Shown: positions 35,475 to 46,232, counted from the stretch's first letter. The stretch: 64,000 nucleotides of DNA from a virus (IMGVR_UViG_3300046469_000011:1-64000); one strand, 5' to 3'. The notes: generated by a model from the sequence alone, not told the origin. Numbers and translations are program-made.

Positions 35475-37988
35475 TTACATCACAGTAATGAATCCCATCG
35501 GCCTTGAGCCGGTTCCTTCGGGATTCGATGCTGTCTCCGCTGGAATTGCTGAACTAGCTAGCTTTCGCCAGCCAGTCAAGAGTGCTGCGCCGCCTGGGGC
35601 GACTGTAGTCAGATTAGGATCAGACCAAGTTGGGTTATTGGCAAAGTTTTGGCAAAGCCCAACGAGCAGCAAAGGATCATCCACATTGCTCGTTGCAGAT
35701 GGCGTTGAATCGGGGCCGGTTGAGCCACCAGATTTATCAATAGCACTAGCGTTGATGCAGTCATACATAACAACATTTGCGCCATTGCTGTTCTGGAAGC
35801 CCCACGTATACGAATTACTTTCGCTAGCGCCTGCTGTTTTGTAGTAGCAGTAAAGGCCGGTATTGTCGTACTGATAAACATTCCAAGCTTGTGTCCAGCC
35901 CGCAGGCGCAGAAGTCAAACCATTATTGGAAGAATTTCCGGGGACCCCATGCACGGACACAAACGCCACCAGAATGTCTCCCTCGGCGGGAGCAGACGGG
36001 AATGAGCCAGTTAGCGAGGTAGAGGTAACGCCGCCAACATATGTCTGACCAACCGTGGGGGCAGGCTTGCTGGCAATCATTTGGCCTAGAATTTCAATTA
36101 CCCAATTGACGCCATCTAAACAGGACATTTCGTAGTAATCAGTACCAACGCGAGAGATCGTCGGTGGTGATCCATTCGGAGCCTGAATATTTGAAGGCCA
36201 TGTAACTGAATAACCATTATTTACGGTCATCAGTCTGAATGATTTTCCTACTGCTGGCGTGGGGAAGGTCAGAGGACAATCAGCCGTAATGGTCAGCAAA
36301 GTCCATGAAGCAACATTGGGATCGCTGATCGTATACGCCGACCCTGAATCATCTACCTGAACATTTTGCGTTCTTGATCCTGATCCACCGCCGGAGGAAG
36401 AACTTTCGGCAGATGTGGATACTAACGGCGTAACAGAAAGGAAGTTGTTTCCAGAGCCATTTCCAACTTGAAGCGACGTAGCGTCGCCTGGCTGAATCCA
36501 CAATTCCAAGAAATCGCCAGCATTACAATTTACTATATCTATAACAGTCGAAACTCCAACGGTGCTTCCTGGGACAACCGAACCGTATGCGACGCCCGAG
36601 CCGTTTTTGAAAATACCCGCCCATACCTGACCAGAGTTTGCTTCAACATTTCCTATGACCAGATAAGGACCCGCTGCCGGAACGTTGTAGCGCCCATTTG
36701 TATCAACATCGATATTCCCGTTGGGGTCGAAGCTTTCTGTATCAAGAGGAACTTTATTCCAATTGTTTGAAGAAAGGGACAGATCATTGGCCCGGTACGC
36801 GCGAGCAGCAGCAAGATTAGACCCAGGAACGCCAGAAACTTGAGCGACAGCCAGATATGTGCCAGTAGATCCCAGGCCGCTATCTACATTCAAAGCACCC
36901 GAGCCAGAATAAACCCATAATTCTAAATAATCGCCAGCTTCGCAGTAAATCAAATCCGTCGTTTCAGCACGGTCGGTATCGGCACTACCGCCAGCTTGAG
37001 AGATTTGCGTGCCATTTTTGTAAATGGATACATAACCGTAAGTATTTGCGGTTTGCAGCATTGCCGCTTCTACTTGATAATAACCAGAAACAGGCACATC
37101 AAACCTATTGTTGGTTGCCACATCCATGTTTGAGCCGGTATCAAAATTCAGCGTGTCAAGGGGAACCTTTGTCCATGCTCCCGCTGAAAATGAAAAGTCC
37201 GCGCTACGACAAGCCCTAGCTGCTACCGGCGCTACCTGAGAAGCAATGCTCTGTTGGCTCAGAGGAACTACCGAGAGATAGTTGACCTCGCTGCCTCCCA
37301 GATACAAATTATTTCCGTTGCAGTAGACATAAAGCTCTAAATAATCGCCTGCATTACATTGAATAATATCTGTGAGAACAGGTTCAACTGCTGCTCCGCC
37401 TGACGGCACCGGGGAAGAAGCCTCACTTACTTCGACTCCATTTTTGAAAACACTAACATAAGCATCTTGACCGGAGGGTGCGCCAAGAGCAGCATTAGCA
37501 ACTACCAAATAAGAACCACTCGCAGGAACGTTATAGCGACCATTAGTGGTCACATCCATATAACCATTGGTATCAAAACTAATTGTGTCGAGCGGAACCT
37601 TATTCCAAGCTCCCGAGGTAATACTCAGAGCAGCATTTCGATACGCACGCGAGGGAGGCAGAGAAGAGGATGATGTATTTTCTAGAAGAAAATCATCAAC
37701 GGTAGGAGCAACTTGCCATTCAGCGCCATCCGCGTGTTCAATAGGATTTGTGCCTTCCTGCCCTCTTTCAATTGTTGCAGTAAGATCACCCTCCGTATAT
37801 GCCGTTACATAGACGACTTCAAAATTAGGATTGGGAACGTTTGTCGGAGGATCAAGGACAACAGGAATATAATCCGATCCCGTGATGGTGTCCCACTCAG
37901 GGGGATTATCAAAAGTTACCGTCGTGCCTGTCGCGGTAAGCGGTTCCCCAAGAAGCCCCAGGGAATTATTATAACGCAGGCGAGCCAC
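35475..37988 (-). CDS. tail fibre/receptor-binding protein with three tandem C1q-like domains
   Basis: N-terminal TIERGQEGT fibre motif; 3x RAYR..W.KVPLDT..FD...GRY.VP..G.Y...GDYLEL. Confidence 0.75.
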   Translation of the reverse strand: MARLRYNNSLGLLGEPLTATGTTVTFDNPPEWDTITGSDYIPVVLDPPTNVPNPNFEVVYVTAYTEGDLTATIERGQEGTNPIEHADGAEWQVAPTVDDFLLENTSSSSLPPSRAYRNAALSITSGAWNKVPLDTISFDTNGYMDVTTNGRYNVPASGSYLVVANAALGAPSGQDAYVSVFKNGVEVSEASSPVPSGGAAVEPVLTDIIQCNAGDYLELYVYCNGNNLYLGGSEVNYLSVVPLSQQSIASQVAPVAARACRSADFSFSAGAWTKVPLDTLNFDTGSNMDVATNNRFDVPVSGYYQVEAAMLQTANTYGYVSIYKNGTQISQAGGSADTDRAETTDLIYCEAGDYLELWVYSGSGALNVDSGLGSTGTYLAVAQVSGVPGSNLAAARAYRANDLSLSSNNWNKVPLDTESFDPNGNIDVDTNGRYNVPAAGPYLVIGNVEANSGQVWAGIFKNGSGVAYGSVVPGSTVGVSTVIDIVNCNAGDFLELWIQPGDATSLQVGNGSGNNFLSVTPLVSTSAESSSSGGGSGSRTQNVQVDDSGSAYTISDPNVASWTLLTITADCPLTFPTPAVGKSFRLMTVNNGYSVTWPSNIQAPNGSPPTISRVGTDYYEMSCLDGVNWVIEILGQMIASKPAPTVGQTYVGGVTSTSLTGSFPSAPAEGDILVAFVSVHGVPGNSSNNGLTSAPAGWTQAWNVYQYDNTGLYCYYKTAGASESNSYTWGFQNSNGANVVMYDCINASAIDKSGGSTGPDSTPSATSNVDDPLLLVGLCQNFANNPTWSDPNLTTVAPGGAALLTGWRKLASSAIPAETASNPEGTGSRPMGFITVM

Positions 37989-37990
37989 AA

Positions 37991-38749
37991 TTAGCCTGCG
38001 GTAACGGTTTCTGTAACGGTTACGTTATCGCCGACAACCGCAAGGTTCGCGGTTCCTGAAAGCGCTGTATGGAAAATCAATGTCCCGCCCGAGGAAGCAT
38101 TGAAGACTCCCATCTGGGCGATGGTTAGAGGCAAGCTGGAAGCGTCACTTGAAGTCGTCGTAAATGTCTTGGTCAGCGTCGATATATTTGTGCCTGCCGT
38201 GTGCGCGTAGGTGGCTTGCGCTCTGACCAGGCCGCTCCCTGAAGTGGTGATCTCCCCGGCCAGCGTGGTATCCGAGGCCGAGGGGGACGCTGTGTTGGTC
38301 GTGATAGCCATCCAATTGAAAGTCGCCGGGGGAGTCGAGGTAGATAGAACCTGAGCGTGAACGGCATCACGGCCTACGGTCGTCAAAAGGGCTTCGGGTC
38401 GCCCCAGAAGGCAACCATAATAAGCTGCCACAGCTTCAGCCAAGGGCCGATCTGATTCCTCATCCACATCGACCCAAGCAGGTTTTACGCCTGCTGAATG
38501 AATATCGAGAATCTGTTCAAGCTCTCGTAGGCAAACAGTATGAATGCGATGTTCGTTTCCCAAACGAGAAGCAATCGCTGTGATCATCCTGTCATTGTCT
38601 GTCGAAAGAGTTCTGTTGACGAATTCCTCATCCTGGATTCCATCCCAGAATTCAACGCGCGTCTCTGACTTACTGAGATGCTCAGCCGGTCGAGGGCCAA
38701 CCGGATAGAAATGAATTGGATTGGGATTTCCCAGAATGATAGTTGTCAT
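37991..38749 (-). CDS. fibre subunit paralog of 27168..28094
   Basis: Shared TLSTDNDRM, KPAWV, RAQATYAHTAGTN, GDNVTVTETVTAG. Confidence 0.75.
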   Translation of the reverse strand: MTTIILGNPNPIHFYPVGPRPAEHLSKSETRVEFWDGIQDEEFVNRTLSTDNDRMITAIASRLGNEHRIHTVCLRELEQILDIHSAGVKPAWVDVDEESDRPLAEAVAAYYGCLLGRPEALLTTVGRDAVHAQVLSTSTPPATFNWMAITTNTASPSASDTTLAGEITTSGSGLVRAQATYAHTAGTNISTLTKTFTTTSSDASSLPLTIAQMGVFNASSGGTLIFHTALSGTANLAVVGDNVTVTETVTAG

Positions 38750-38753
38750 TTTC

Positions 38754-39821
38754 CTAGCCTACTCGGACGCCGAATTGTGCTTCCTGTATCGCATCCGGCG
38801 TCCAATCGGAGCCGTCAGAAGGATTTTCCTCAAATATCTGAAGCGCATATATAGGACTATTTGCTGGCAAATTTACTGATGTCCCATAGTAATCATTTCC
38901 AGATTCCCGAATCACAGGCTCTAGTGAACGTAGTTGAGAATTATTTTTGTCAGTGAGCGCATTCGTCTGGATAGCATACACATATCCATCCCAATCAAAG
39001 GAATCTAGAACATAAGTGTCTTCTTCTCCTGTATTGGGCGACGACACCCATTTATCAGTTTGGGTGACAGGAGAATTTACGTGGGAAAAGTTGTTGATGT
39101 GATTCCCGGTGTCATTTATAAGGTCAGAACGATCACCATTGGCAGCAGGGCGAAGAGGGATTACCTTGGTGTCGCCCAGGAAACCGTTGTTTTTGCTGCC
39201 TTGCGAATTTGTCAAGTAAAGATCATCAATAGCATACGCATAGTTATTCGAATCGCCTGTGAAGAGAATCGAATCGAATGTAGTTTTAGTGCCGCCATTC
39301 TTCGTATTCACATCAATGGCGTCAAACCATGCAGCGCCGTTTTGCTGAATTACTACCCTTCCGCCATCAGCCCCTCTAGCTAGATACGCCTGAACCTCGA
39401 TATAGGTCCATGCTCCCAAGAGCAAAGGCTGTGGGGAAATAGCTACCTGCGGCAATCCAGGGCCAGCCAGGACATACAAAAATCCCGCATTCGTGAAGCC
39501 CAGGCGCACATGCTCAGTCTGAATATTGTCGGACATCAATCTGCACATGGCCGACCCCTCACCGAAATCATCAGGCCGCAAAGCAAATCCCAAAGTGATG
39601 AGCGCGTCTTCCTGAGAAGCGCTTACCTGCTGGCATATAGAAGCCGAATGGCCGACAATTTCAGCGAATCTGATGAACAAACAATTGTCTGTTCTTCCAC
39701 CAGACTCGATACCCATAAAGCCTCCGTCTCCGCCAGTACCAAAATTTGTTATCCACTGACGAAGATTGAGATGAGTCGCGTTATCGGTCCAGTCGAAGCT
39801 TTCAAGAAGAACGATGCTCAT
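38754..39821 (-). CDS. putative virion structural beta-sandwich protein
   Basis: LLESFD, IDDLY, FLGD..V..LRP, NP..G..WT...FGV motifs. Confidence 0.65.
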   Translation of the reverse strand: MSIVLLESFDWTDNATHLNLRQWITNFGTGGDGGFMGIESGGRTDNCLFIRFAEIVGHSASICQQVSASQEDALITLGFALRPDDFGEGSAMCRLMSDNIQTEHVRLGFTNAGFLYVLAGPGLPQVAISPQPLLLGAWTYIEVQAYLARGADGGRVVIQQNGAAWFDAIDVNTKNGGTKTTFDSILFTGDSNNYAYAIDDLYLTNSQGSKNNGFLGDTKVIPLRPAANGDRSDLINDTGNHINNFSHVNSPVTQTDKWVSSPNTGEEDTYVLDSFDWDGYVYAIQTNALTDKNNSQLRSLEPVIRESGNDYYGTSVNLPANSPIYALQIFEENPSDGSDWTPDAIQEAQFGVRVG

Positions 39822-40555
39822 TTTGCGTAAACGTATCCGTTGATTTTTATTCTAACGTGAGTTGTGTTGTCATCAATTCTGACAACCGCAGGAAAGCTTC
39901 TGCCGTGATATACGTCCTGGCTGACCACATCAACAGTCGGTGAAAGAACCAGCGTTCCCACGATGGACTGAATATAGACCAGTTCGAGCAGGCAGCCAGC
40001 ATTCACGCCGGGACTGTGAACTTGCTCTCGTCCTATATCTGCTTCACGCTGAATATTGCTGGCGTAGATTCTGAATCTACATGCCTTGTTGGCGTAGACA
40101 GAAAAAAGCTGGCATGACCGACCAGGCAGATTTACCTCAACCCTAGTCTCCACTCCCTGCTGCAAACCGTGATAATTGTTTTCCACGGACCTAAACTGAA
40201 GCGTCGTGTTGGGTGGAGGTGCAGGCGTCTGAATTACAGAAGGCGGTGGTGGAGGAATGGTGTCCTGGTTGATGACGTGGCGGATTATTGAATTCCGAGG
40301 GAAATCCTTCGCCTTCGTGCGAGATTGCGCTCTCCTGACCCGCCAAATATTCGTGTCCGCGCCGCTGGTCACGTACATAACTTCGTATTGAGCCGTTCGC
40401 GGGTCGATTACCATGATCCGGAAATTCCCAGGCCGAAGCGTGGGACCGGCTGGCCCACTCGTGTAGGCCAGACCATCGGCTTTTGCGAGTGGCCTGGTCA
40501 GGAAAGTGGCGCTTCCTGGCGCGACATCCGCCTCGATATCGAATACTTCGGCCAC
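39818..40555 (-). CDS. putative structural protein
   Basis: YEVMYVT...VRRAQ resembles the N-terminus of 35475..37988. Confidence 0.6.
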   Translation of the reverse strand: MAEVFDIEADVAPGSATFLTRPLAKADGLAYTSGPAGPTLRPGNFRIMVIDPRTAQYEVMYVTSGADTNIWRVRRAQSRTKAKDFPRNSIIRHVINQDTIPPPPPSVIQTPAPPPNTTLQFRSVENNYHGLQQGVETRVEVNLPGRSCQLFSVYANKACRFRIYASNIQREADIGREQVHSPGVNAGCLLELVYIQSIVGTLVLSPTVDVVSQDVYHGRSFPAVVRIDDNTTHVRIKINGYVYAK

Positions 40556-40569
40556 GCCAGGAATGACTT

Positions 40570-41265
40570 TCAGCTAGTGGCCTGAGCGAACTTCTGAACC
40601 CGCTGCGCGTGACGCTGCGCCCACGGGGGAAGCTCAGAGCGCTCAGAGCCAAATCCCTGCTGCCACCCGGCACCGAAATTCGCCGTGTCGATATAGGAGT
40701 AGTAGCCCTGGGGCGAGATCGAGAACGGACCCTCGATGGCTCCACGGAAATCCGTTTTCTCGGTCGCCGACGTGCTGGGGTCGAAATATGACGGCAGAAC
40801 GAAGTCGGCCACGGTGAGCTTCGAGGCCAGCGGGAGTTGGTATCCGTTGCCCTGGACGGCATCGGCGACTTCCAGGGCGTACAGGCGGCTCCCATCGCCC
40901 GTCAAGGCCGCTGTGTTGCAGTTGGGATCAACGGCAAGCTCCATCATTTCGTGCGAGGCCACCTCGCAAGCCGAAGTGCCATCACTCTCGGCGGTCTGAA
41001 CGAAAATCCGGGCGTAGGGAACTTCGTTGCCGTCCTCGTCGTGATAACCGAGTGCGCCCTGCTGGTCAGACGTGTCGAGCAGATGCAAGACGATTCCGCC
41101 ACCGGGGATCTTGGCGTTCGCTCCACCCGGCAGGAAATAGACGTTGGCGTTCCGGTGCCACGCCTGGTTGAACTGGCGGGTAGCTTGAAATTCGAGCGCT
41201 TCTGCGATCTGACCCGCTTCGATGTCAGAAAGCGACGTGCTTTCATTCACTAGATAGATTCTCAT
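40570..41265 (-). CDS. zincin-like metallopeptidase
   Basis: ALGYH, ASHEMMELAVDP, EVADAV, DFVLPSYF motifs. Confidence 0.65.
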   Translation of the reverse strand: MRIYLVNESTSLSDIEAGQIAEALEFQATRQFNQAWHRNANVYFLPGGANAKIPGGGIVLHLLDTSDQQGALGYHDEDGNEVPYARIFVQTAESDGTSACEVASHEMMELAVDPNCNTAALTGDGSRLYALEVADAVQGNGYQLPLASKLTVADFVLPSYFDPSTSATEKTDFRGAIEGPFSISPQGYYSYIDTANFGAGWQQGFGSERSELPPWAQRHAQRVQKFAQATS

Positions 41266-41929
41266 TTTTCTCCTTTGAGTCGATATACACGTTGATTATG
41301 GGCTGGGGGATTCTCTTCATAACCTCTGAAACGAGTTCAATCGTCTCGTCGAATTCATCGAGATCCCCGTCGTCGAATGTAAGGCCGCCAAATTCTTCAT
41401 CAGAAAATTTGACTTCGGTTTCTGACGCCTGATCCCACATATCGGGATTGGCGCGTGCGCTTAGATAATCGTCTACCCGTGAGGGATCGTGGCCTATGGC
41501 GACCAGACGATGGCGGACGTGTGCAAGATCTTCGCTCCCCATATTTCGTAGCGCACGGCGCATGTAACCGCGTGGTGCTTGTGTACGAACCATACGAGAA
41601 CCGCGAGGCAGCGAACCGTCTCGCCGCATGTGGTGGTCAACGATATCGACGATATCCGCCATTCTTTGCCTTCGAACTGCCTCGTGGAAAGCCGGAACAT
41701 CTACCTGATCGGCATTTCTGGCTCGCGCCCGGAGAAAATGGTGGATGTCGCCTTCTTGCGGGTCATCAAAAGACCTGGCTGCTTCCCTTACAGCGTCATG
41801 GTAGCGGCCCCATTCAGCCGGTCCCGATGTTGAATCAGGCGTGATTATTTCAGGGAGTTCCCTGCGTCCATCGTCAGCTAGGAGGACGGGGAATTCGCCT
41901 TCAAATTCAAGTCGCGGCAAGCGTCTCAC
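41243..41929 (-). CDS. hypothetical protein downstream of portal (start uncertain)
   Basis: Fills the gap between portal and peptidase. Confidence 0.6.
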   Translation of the reverse strand: MRRLPRLEFEGEFPVLLADDGRRELPEIITPDSTSGPAEWGRYHDAVREAARSFDDPQEGDIHHFLRARARNADQVDVPAFHEAVRRQRMADIVDIVDHHMRRDGSLPRGSRMVRTQAPRGYMRRALRNMGSEDLAHVRHRLVAIGHDPSRVDDYLSARANPDMWDQASETEVKFSDEEFGGLTFDDGDLDEFDETIELVSEVMKRIPQPIINVYIDSKEKNENLSSE

Positions 41930-43814
41930 CCACCGCCGCTAGGTACTTCTGCTCTTGTTCGAGGGTGATCGCCTCTGAAAAATAGACCGTATGCTCGTCC
42001 GGATCGAAGCGAGCCAGAATTCCGTTCATCTCGCCGACTCGCTTGATTTTGATCCGGGGCTTGGATTTCCATTCGTCATCGAGTTCACCAGAAAGGAAGA
42101 TCACTTCGCGCGGCTGGATGTAGGTGAATCCTGTGGTCGTATCGCCCGTCGTGCCGCCTGGATCGGTGGCCCCTGGCTCATTGCCTGCCGAAGCAGGGAC
42201 AGTGGCCCCTCCTGCACCCGCAGAAGCTACGCCTACGGTCCCATTGGAGCCGCCTCGGGCCTGGACAGGGTTGGGAGTGGAAGAAGCCTGCTGCTCGGCG
42301 ACCAAACGCGCCTGCTCGGCCTGCTGCTCTTTGATGTCCAGAAGCGGCACGCCAGCGTCATCGAGAATTTTTTGGAGATCCACGAGCGAGATGAGCTTAG
42401 AAATGCCAGTTGGTTGCTGGCCGATTAGCTGAAGCATCTGCTGGGTGAATGCCACATCCTCGTCGGCGAATCCCTGAATTACGATTTGCGCCGTTCCGTT
42501 GCTCTGTAGGAATTCCGGATAATTGACGGCAAGCCATTGCGGGATGACCCATCGGTTGATCGTCTCCTGGATCTGAACCGACATGACGGCCTGGGATTCA
42601 GTGAAAGACGAATCGAGTTCGGCAGCCACATTTCGCGAAGAAGTTCCACCTTTGCCCTCCACCAAGCTCTGCTCGGGAATCCAGAGCGAGCGAATTTTTC
42701 CAATATCGAGGTAGTCGAATGATCTATCGAACGGGTCGAAATTGACCATATCCTTCGTGAAGTCAATCTCCCACTCCCGAACACTGGTGGGGCCATTCGT
42801 GCCTTCATAGGGCGTCGAGGGCAACGTGATGACGCCACCAGAGCGCATCCGATTTCCCATCGCCAGGGCGTAATCGGAGTAGGCCATCGTCTGGCCCGAG
42901 ACGGGATCAGTGAATTCGCCCTCTGGGTGATAGATCAAAATCGAGGGATCAGCCTTCTTTTCAAAGGCGCGGTCTGTGATCGCCCAGCGGAACCAATAGG
43001 ACCACCAGTAGCGATAGGCATATCCCAAGCGCGGATAACCGAAGATCGACCCGAAATTCTGCTCACGCTCGTTGGTCACCCAGAGCGAGTGATAGCGATC
43101 AATGTCAAATTTCTGCTCGTTCTGAGCGCCACCTCCGCCTCCACCACCAGCGGCAGGAGTAGCTCCTACACCGCCAGGAGGCGCACCGTTTGAAGATCCG
43201 TCGTAATTGATGCCGTTGAAAGACCCATCCGGTGCCCAATTCGGCTCGACCGTCTCAGGCGGCAGAGAAACGAACGGCTTCCAGCGGATCGGCTGAATAT
43301 TTCCCTGTGACCAGATAGGCTGTTCAGACATCGTGCCGTCAGGATTTTGGGCCACATAGGTTCCCGAAGGCACTCCCAATTCAAAGCGCTTGGCAATGGC
43401 CTGGAAGCCGAAATCCAAGGAGTTGCACCACTGAAGGACCAGTGAGGCCATGATGCGGCGAAGATCGTGGTCAAGGTGTGCGGCCACCTGGGCATTGGGG
43501 CCGTTGATGTCTTTGGCGTCGATGTACCAGCGAGCGCGAATGTGAGGCGTCTTGATGAAGGACAGGCCAAATCCGATGACCGGATCGCGCCTCATCATCT
43601 TCAGCTTGGAAATCGGGATCTGCTCGACCGAATACGGATCGCCAAGCTGATCCATCGCCTGCCGCCAATTCTGGAAGGCGGCTCGCTGCTGTTGGGAGGG
43701 TGCCTGCTCCTGGTTGCTGCTCACCGATGCTCGGATTGCAGCGGCTTCCTCCGGGGTTACGTCGCCGTTGTTGCCGTTATTCGGGCCTTGCTGCCGGGAG
43801 ACGGTAGTTGCCAT
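41907..43814 (-). CDS. portal protein (DUF935/Mu gp29-like)
   Basis: Follows TerL; MRRDPVI, SLDFGF, FGYPRL..AY, INRWVIP motifs. Confidence 0.8.
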   Translation of the reverse strand: MATTVSRQQGPNNGNNGDVTPEEAAAIRASVSSNQEQAPSQQQRAAFQNWRQAMDQLGDPYSVEQIPISKLKMMRRDPVIGFGLSFIKTPHIRARWYIDAKDINGPNAQVAAHLDHDLRRIMASLVLQWCNSLDFGFQAIAKRFELGVPSGTYVAQNPDGTMSEQPIWSQGNIQPIRWKPFVSLPPETVEPNWAPDGSFNGINYDGSSNGAPPGGVGATPAAGGGGGGGAQNEQKFDIDRYHSLWVTNEREQNFGSIFGYPRLGYAYRYWWSYWFRWAITDRAFEKKADPSILIYHPEGEFTDPVSGQTMAYSDYALAMGNRMRSGGVITLPSTPYEGTNGPTSVREWEIDFTKDMVNFDPFDRSFDYLDIGKIRSLWIPEQSLVEGKGGTSSRNVAAELDSSFTESQAVMSVQIQETINRWVIPQWLAVNYPEFLQSNGTAQIVIQGFADEDVAFTQQMLQLIGQQPTGISKLISLVDLQKILDDAGVPLLDIKEQQAEQARLVAEQQASSTPNPVQARGGSNGTVGVASAGAGGATVPASAGNEPGATDPGGTTGDTTTGFTYIQPREVIFLSGELDDEWKSKPRIKIKRVGEMNGILARFDPDEHTVYFSEAITLEQEQKYLAAVGETLAAT

Positions 43815-45677
43815 TTAGGGACCGGGGTAGCGCACGGGCTGGCCCAGAGATTGACGCCAGCGAGCGAATTCGTCGTTCTGCCCCTGGAATCCTAGCGGTC
43901 CATCGTCTTCTTTACGAATCGAGATCGTGACGCCTGCCTGGCGCTGGGCAGGCTGGGCGACAGGGATATTTGCCGTTGTAGCAGCAGGACGTTTATGTAT
44001 CTTGCGAATATTGGCAGCAGCATATCTAAAATTAGACATACAGTGATTGAATGTATCTATCTGTAGTCCAGTATTAGGATGACGCCGCCACTCTTTCGCC
44101 TCGCGCACCCACATGGGGCATTTGTCTCCGGCTACGAAGAAAAGATCGCTGTCGAACAGGTCGGTGATGACCTTGATGTGTTCCTCGAATTCGCGAGTGA
44201 TGTGCCAGGAGGTCTTCAGGCCGATATTTTTCCAATCCAGCCTCGCTGCCTTGCCCTGTGGATCTGCGAAACGCTCTTGAACTTTCCAGCGCTCGCCCCA
44301 AACGCGGCGATAGGCAGCTTCCTTGAGCTTGACTAGCTGTCCCAGCCGGTCGTTGCCAATCTCGGCCTTGTAAATCTCGTCGAAGCAGATGGTGGCACCT
44401 GCCGGAATACGCATCCTCAACGGCAGGCCAGGCTTCAACACGAAGCAATCCACCTCGATATCAAATTTCAAATATTGATACCAATTGACCGCGTGCGGGT
44501 TCGTGCCGCCCCAATCCACTGAGCAATAGATCGGCCCGTTATCAGGATCAGGGTCGTAGTTCCTGAAGCAATGCTTGGCTTCATCAAATTTCGGGAGATA
44601 GTGGAAGTGCATTTCGGGCCGCAGGCATAGCTGCTGCACCTCGAACGTCTCCCGATCATTTTCCGTGAACTGCTTGATCACGTCTTGGAGCGGCTGCCAC
44701 CCCCGCGACTTGTAGAAGTCCCCTTGGCAGATGTCCCGTAGTAGACGAGGTGAGCCATCTTCCCAATCGCCTTTTCTGATGAGGTGACATTGACATTTCT
44801 CGCCGTCAGACAGAGAAGGATTCGCACACTGACAATTAGGGACTTGTGCAGCAGTTTCTTTGATGCACCACTGATAGAGCTTGCGAGGTGGCTTGAATCC
44901 TGCATTGACCGCATTAATAATTTCGTCGATAAGCTTCTGCATCCGGCCATTCGGACCCTTTCGGGTAGAGGTGCAGATATCTTGAGCCTTGACTACGCGG
45001 CCATCGCTCAAAATTTTGCTGACTGTCATGTTGCGGGACTCTTTCCAAGTCCCGTCGTCCATAAGCTCGATCTCGTCAGCGTGGGCTTTCTGGGGATGCG
45101 GACCATTTACAGCCTGTGGCGTGCCTGGTAGCACCTCCACCTTGGAATTGTTGGAAAAAATAGTCTCGCGGATCATCGAAGCAACGACAGACGATCTCTT
45201 CTCGCCGTTCTCGTCGTAGATCCAGCTTTTTAGATAGGCATAGCAGCGAAGGCCCTGTTGCTCGGTAGCGCCAAAAGTGCATGACTCACAACCTGGCTTG
45301 AAAAGCGAATTCAGCCAATGAAGTATGGCGACGAGAAGCGTCTTAGAGCCACCTCGGTTTGCCATTGCCAAGACAGCATCAACGCGCTCGAAATATAGAT
45401 CAGCGATGAGGGTAAATGGAGCATCATGGTTCTCGCAGACTGAGATTCGCGGGATGTCAATGCCAAGCTCACTTTTTATCCACTCGTGAAGCTCGTCATC
45501 CGTTTGTGGACCGTACTCAGCAAGACGTTTTTCAAGCTCTTGCTGCGCTCGAACCATTTCTTCGAGTTCTTCATCAGAAAGACTGCTCAGAAGTTCAAGC
45601 ATTCCCTCCGGCGTATCCGGAAGCGGCTTGCGCTGTTCTGCTTTTCTGATGAAAGGATTGACTCGGGCAGTCGTCAT
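43815..45677 (-). CDS. terL: terminase large subunit
   Basis: ANRGGSKT Walker A, HADE Walker B, TST coupling motif, VDWG/ADP/NH nuclease motifs. Confidence 0.85.
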   Translation of the reverse strand: MTTARVNPFIRKAEQRKPLPDTPEGMLELLSSLSDEELEEMVRAQQELEKRLAEYGPQTDDELHEWIKSELGIDIPRISVCENHDAPFTLIADLYFERVDAVLAMANRGGSKTLLVAILHWLNSLFKPGCESCTFGATEQQGLRCYAYLKSWIYDENGEKRSSVVASMIRETIFSNNSKVEVLPGTPQAVNGPHPQKAHADEIELMDDGTWKESRNMTVSKILSDGRVVKAQDICTSTRKGPNGRMQKLIDEIINAVNAGFKPPRKLYQWCIKETAAQVPNCQCANPSLSDGEKCQCHLIRKGDWEDGSPRLLRDICQGDFYKSRGWQPLQDVIKQFTENDRETFEVQQLCLRPEMHFHYLPKFDEAKHCFRNYDPDPDNGPIYCSVDWGGTNPHAVNWYQYLKFDIEVDCFVLKPGLPLRMRIPAGATICFDEIYKAEIGNDRLGQLVKLKEAAYRRVWGERWKVQERFADPQGKAARLDWKNIGLKTSWHITREFEEHIKVITDLFDSDLFFVAGDKCPMWVREAKEWRRHPNTGLQIDTFNHCMSNFRYAAANIRKIHKRPAATTANIPVAQPAQRQAGVTISIRKEDDGPLGFQGQNDEFARWRQSLGQPVRYPGP

Positions 45678-45713
45678 CCTGCCTCCCAACGACTGCCCGA
45701 GTCTCCTAAGATC

Positions 45714-46232
45714 CTACTGGATCTGCGGCTGATCCGCTTGGACATTCAGATCGATGGCGTCGCCCATCACGAGATAGAGCGTCGAAGATCCGACTGTCGA
45801 GTTTGATGCCGCGCCATTCGGAGCGCCAGTCTGATTGACGCAAACGTAGAGAGCGGTCTTCGTCTGAGCGGGCGTGGGAAGCCCGGTTTCGGGGTCGAAC
45901 TGCTCTGCGGCGACGACCAGCGGCTTGCTCGTGACGGCTGCGCTGGCCTCCGTGGCACCACCGTAGCCCGTCGAAGCGGAGGCGAGCGAAACAGCGCCCG
46001 AACCCAGCGTGGTAAAGACGGTCTGATCACCGGACTCAGAAAATCCGAAATCGGCGTGTGGTGTGGTGCCGTCCCAAGCTTCATCGGTGACGATGAACGC
46101 GCCGTAGATGACGCTGAGCCAGTCGGGAATGACTACCTCGGCACCCGTGGCGATATTGGGTGTCTTGGGCGTGAACCGAAACTTGTAAAGAGCCAGCGGT
46201 TGCTGATTCTTGTCAGTCGGCGTAATGCTCAT
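45714..46232 (-). CDS. putative virion decoration/structural protein
   Basis: AGGAGG SD; beta-rich, V..AWDG pattern. Confidence 0.55.
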   Translation of the reverse strand: MSITPTDKNQQPLALYKFRFTPKTPNIATGAEVVIPDWLSVIYGAFIVTDEAWDGTTPHADFGFSESGDQTVFTTLGSGAVSLASASTGYGGATEASAAVTSKPLVVAAEQFDPETGLPTPAQTKTALYVCVNQTGAPNGAASNSTVGSSTLYLVMGDAIDLNVQADQPQIQ

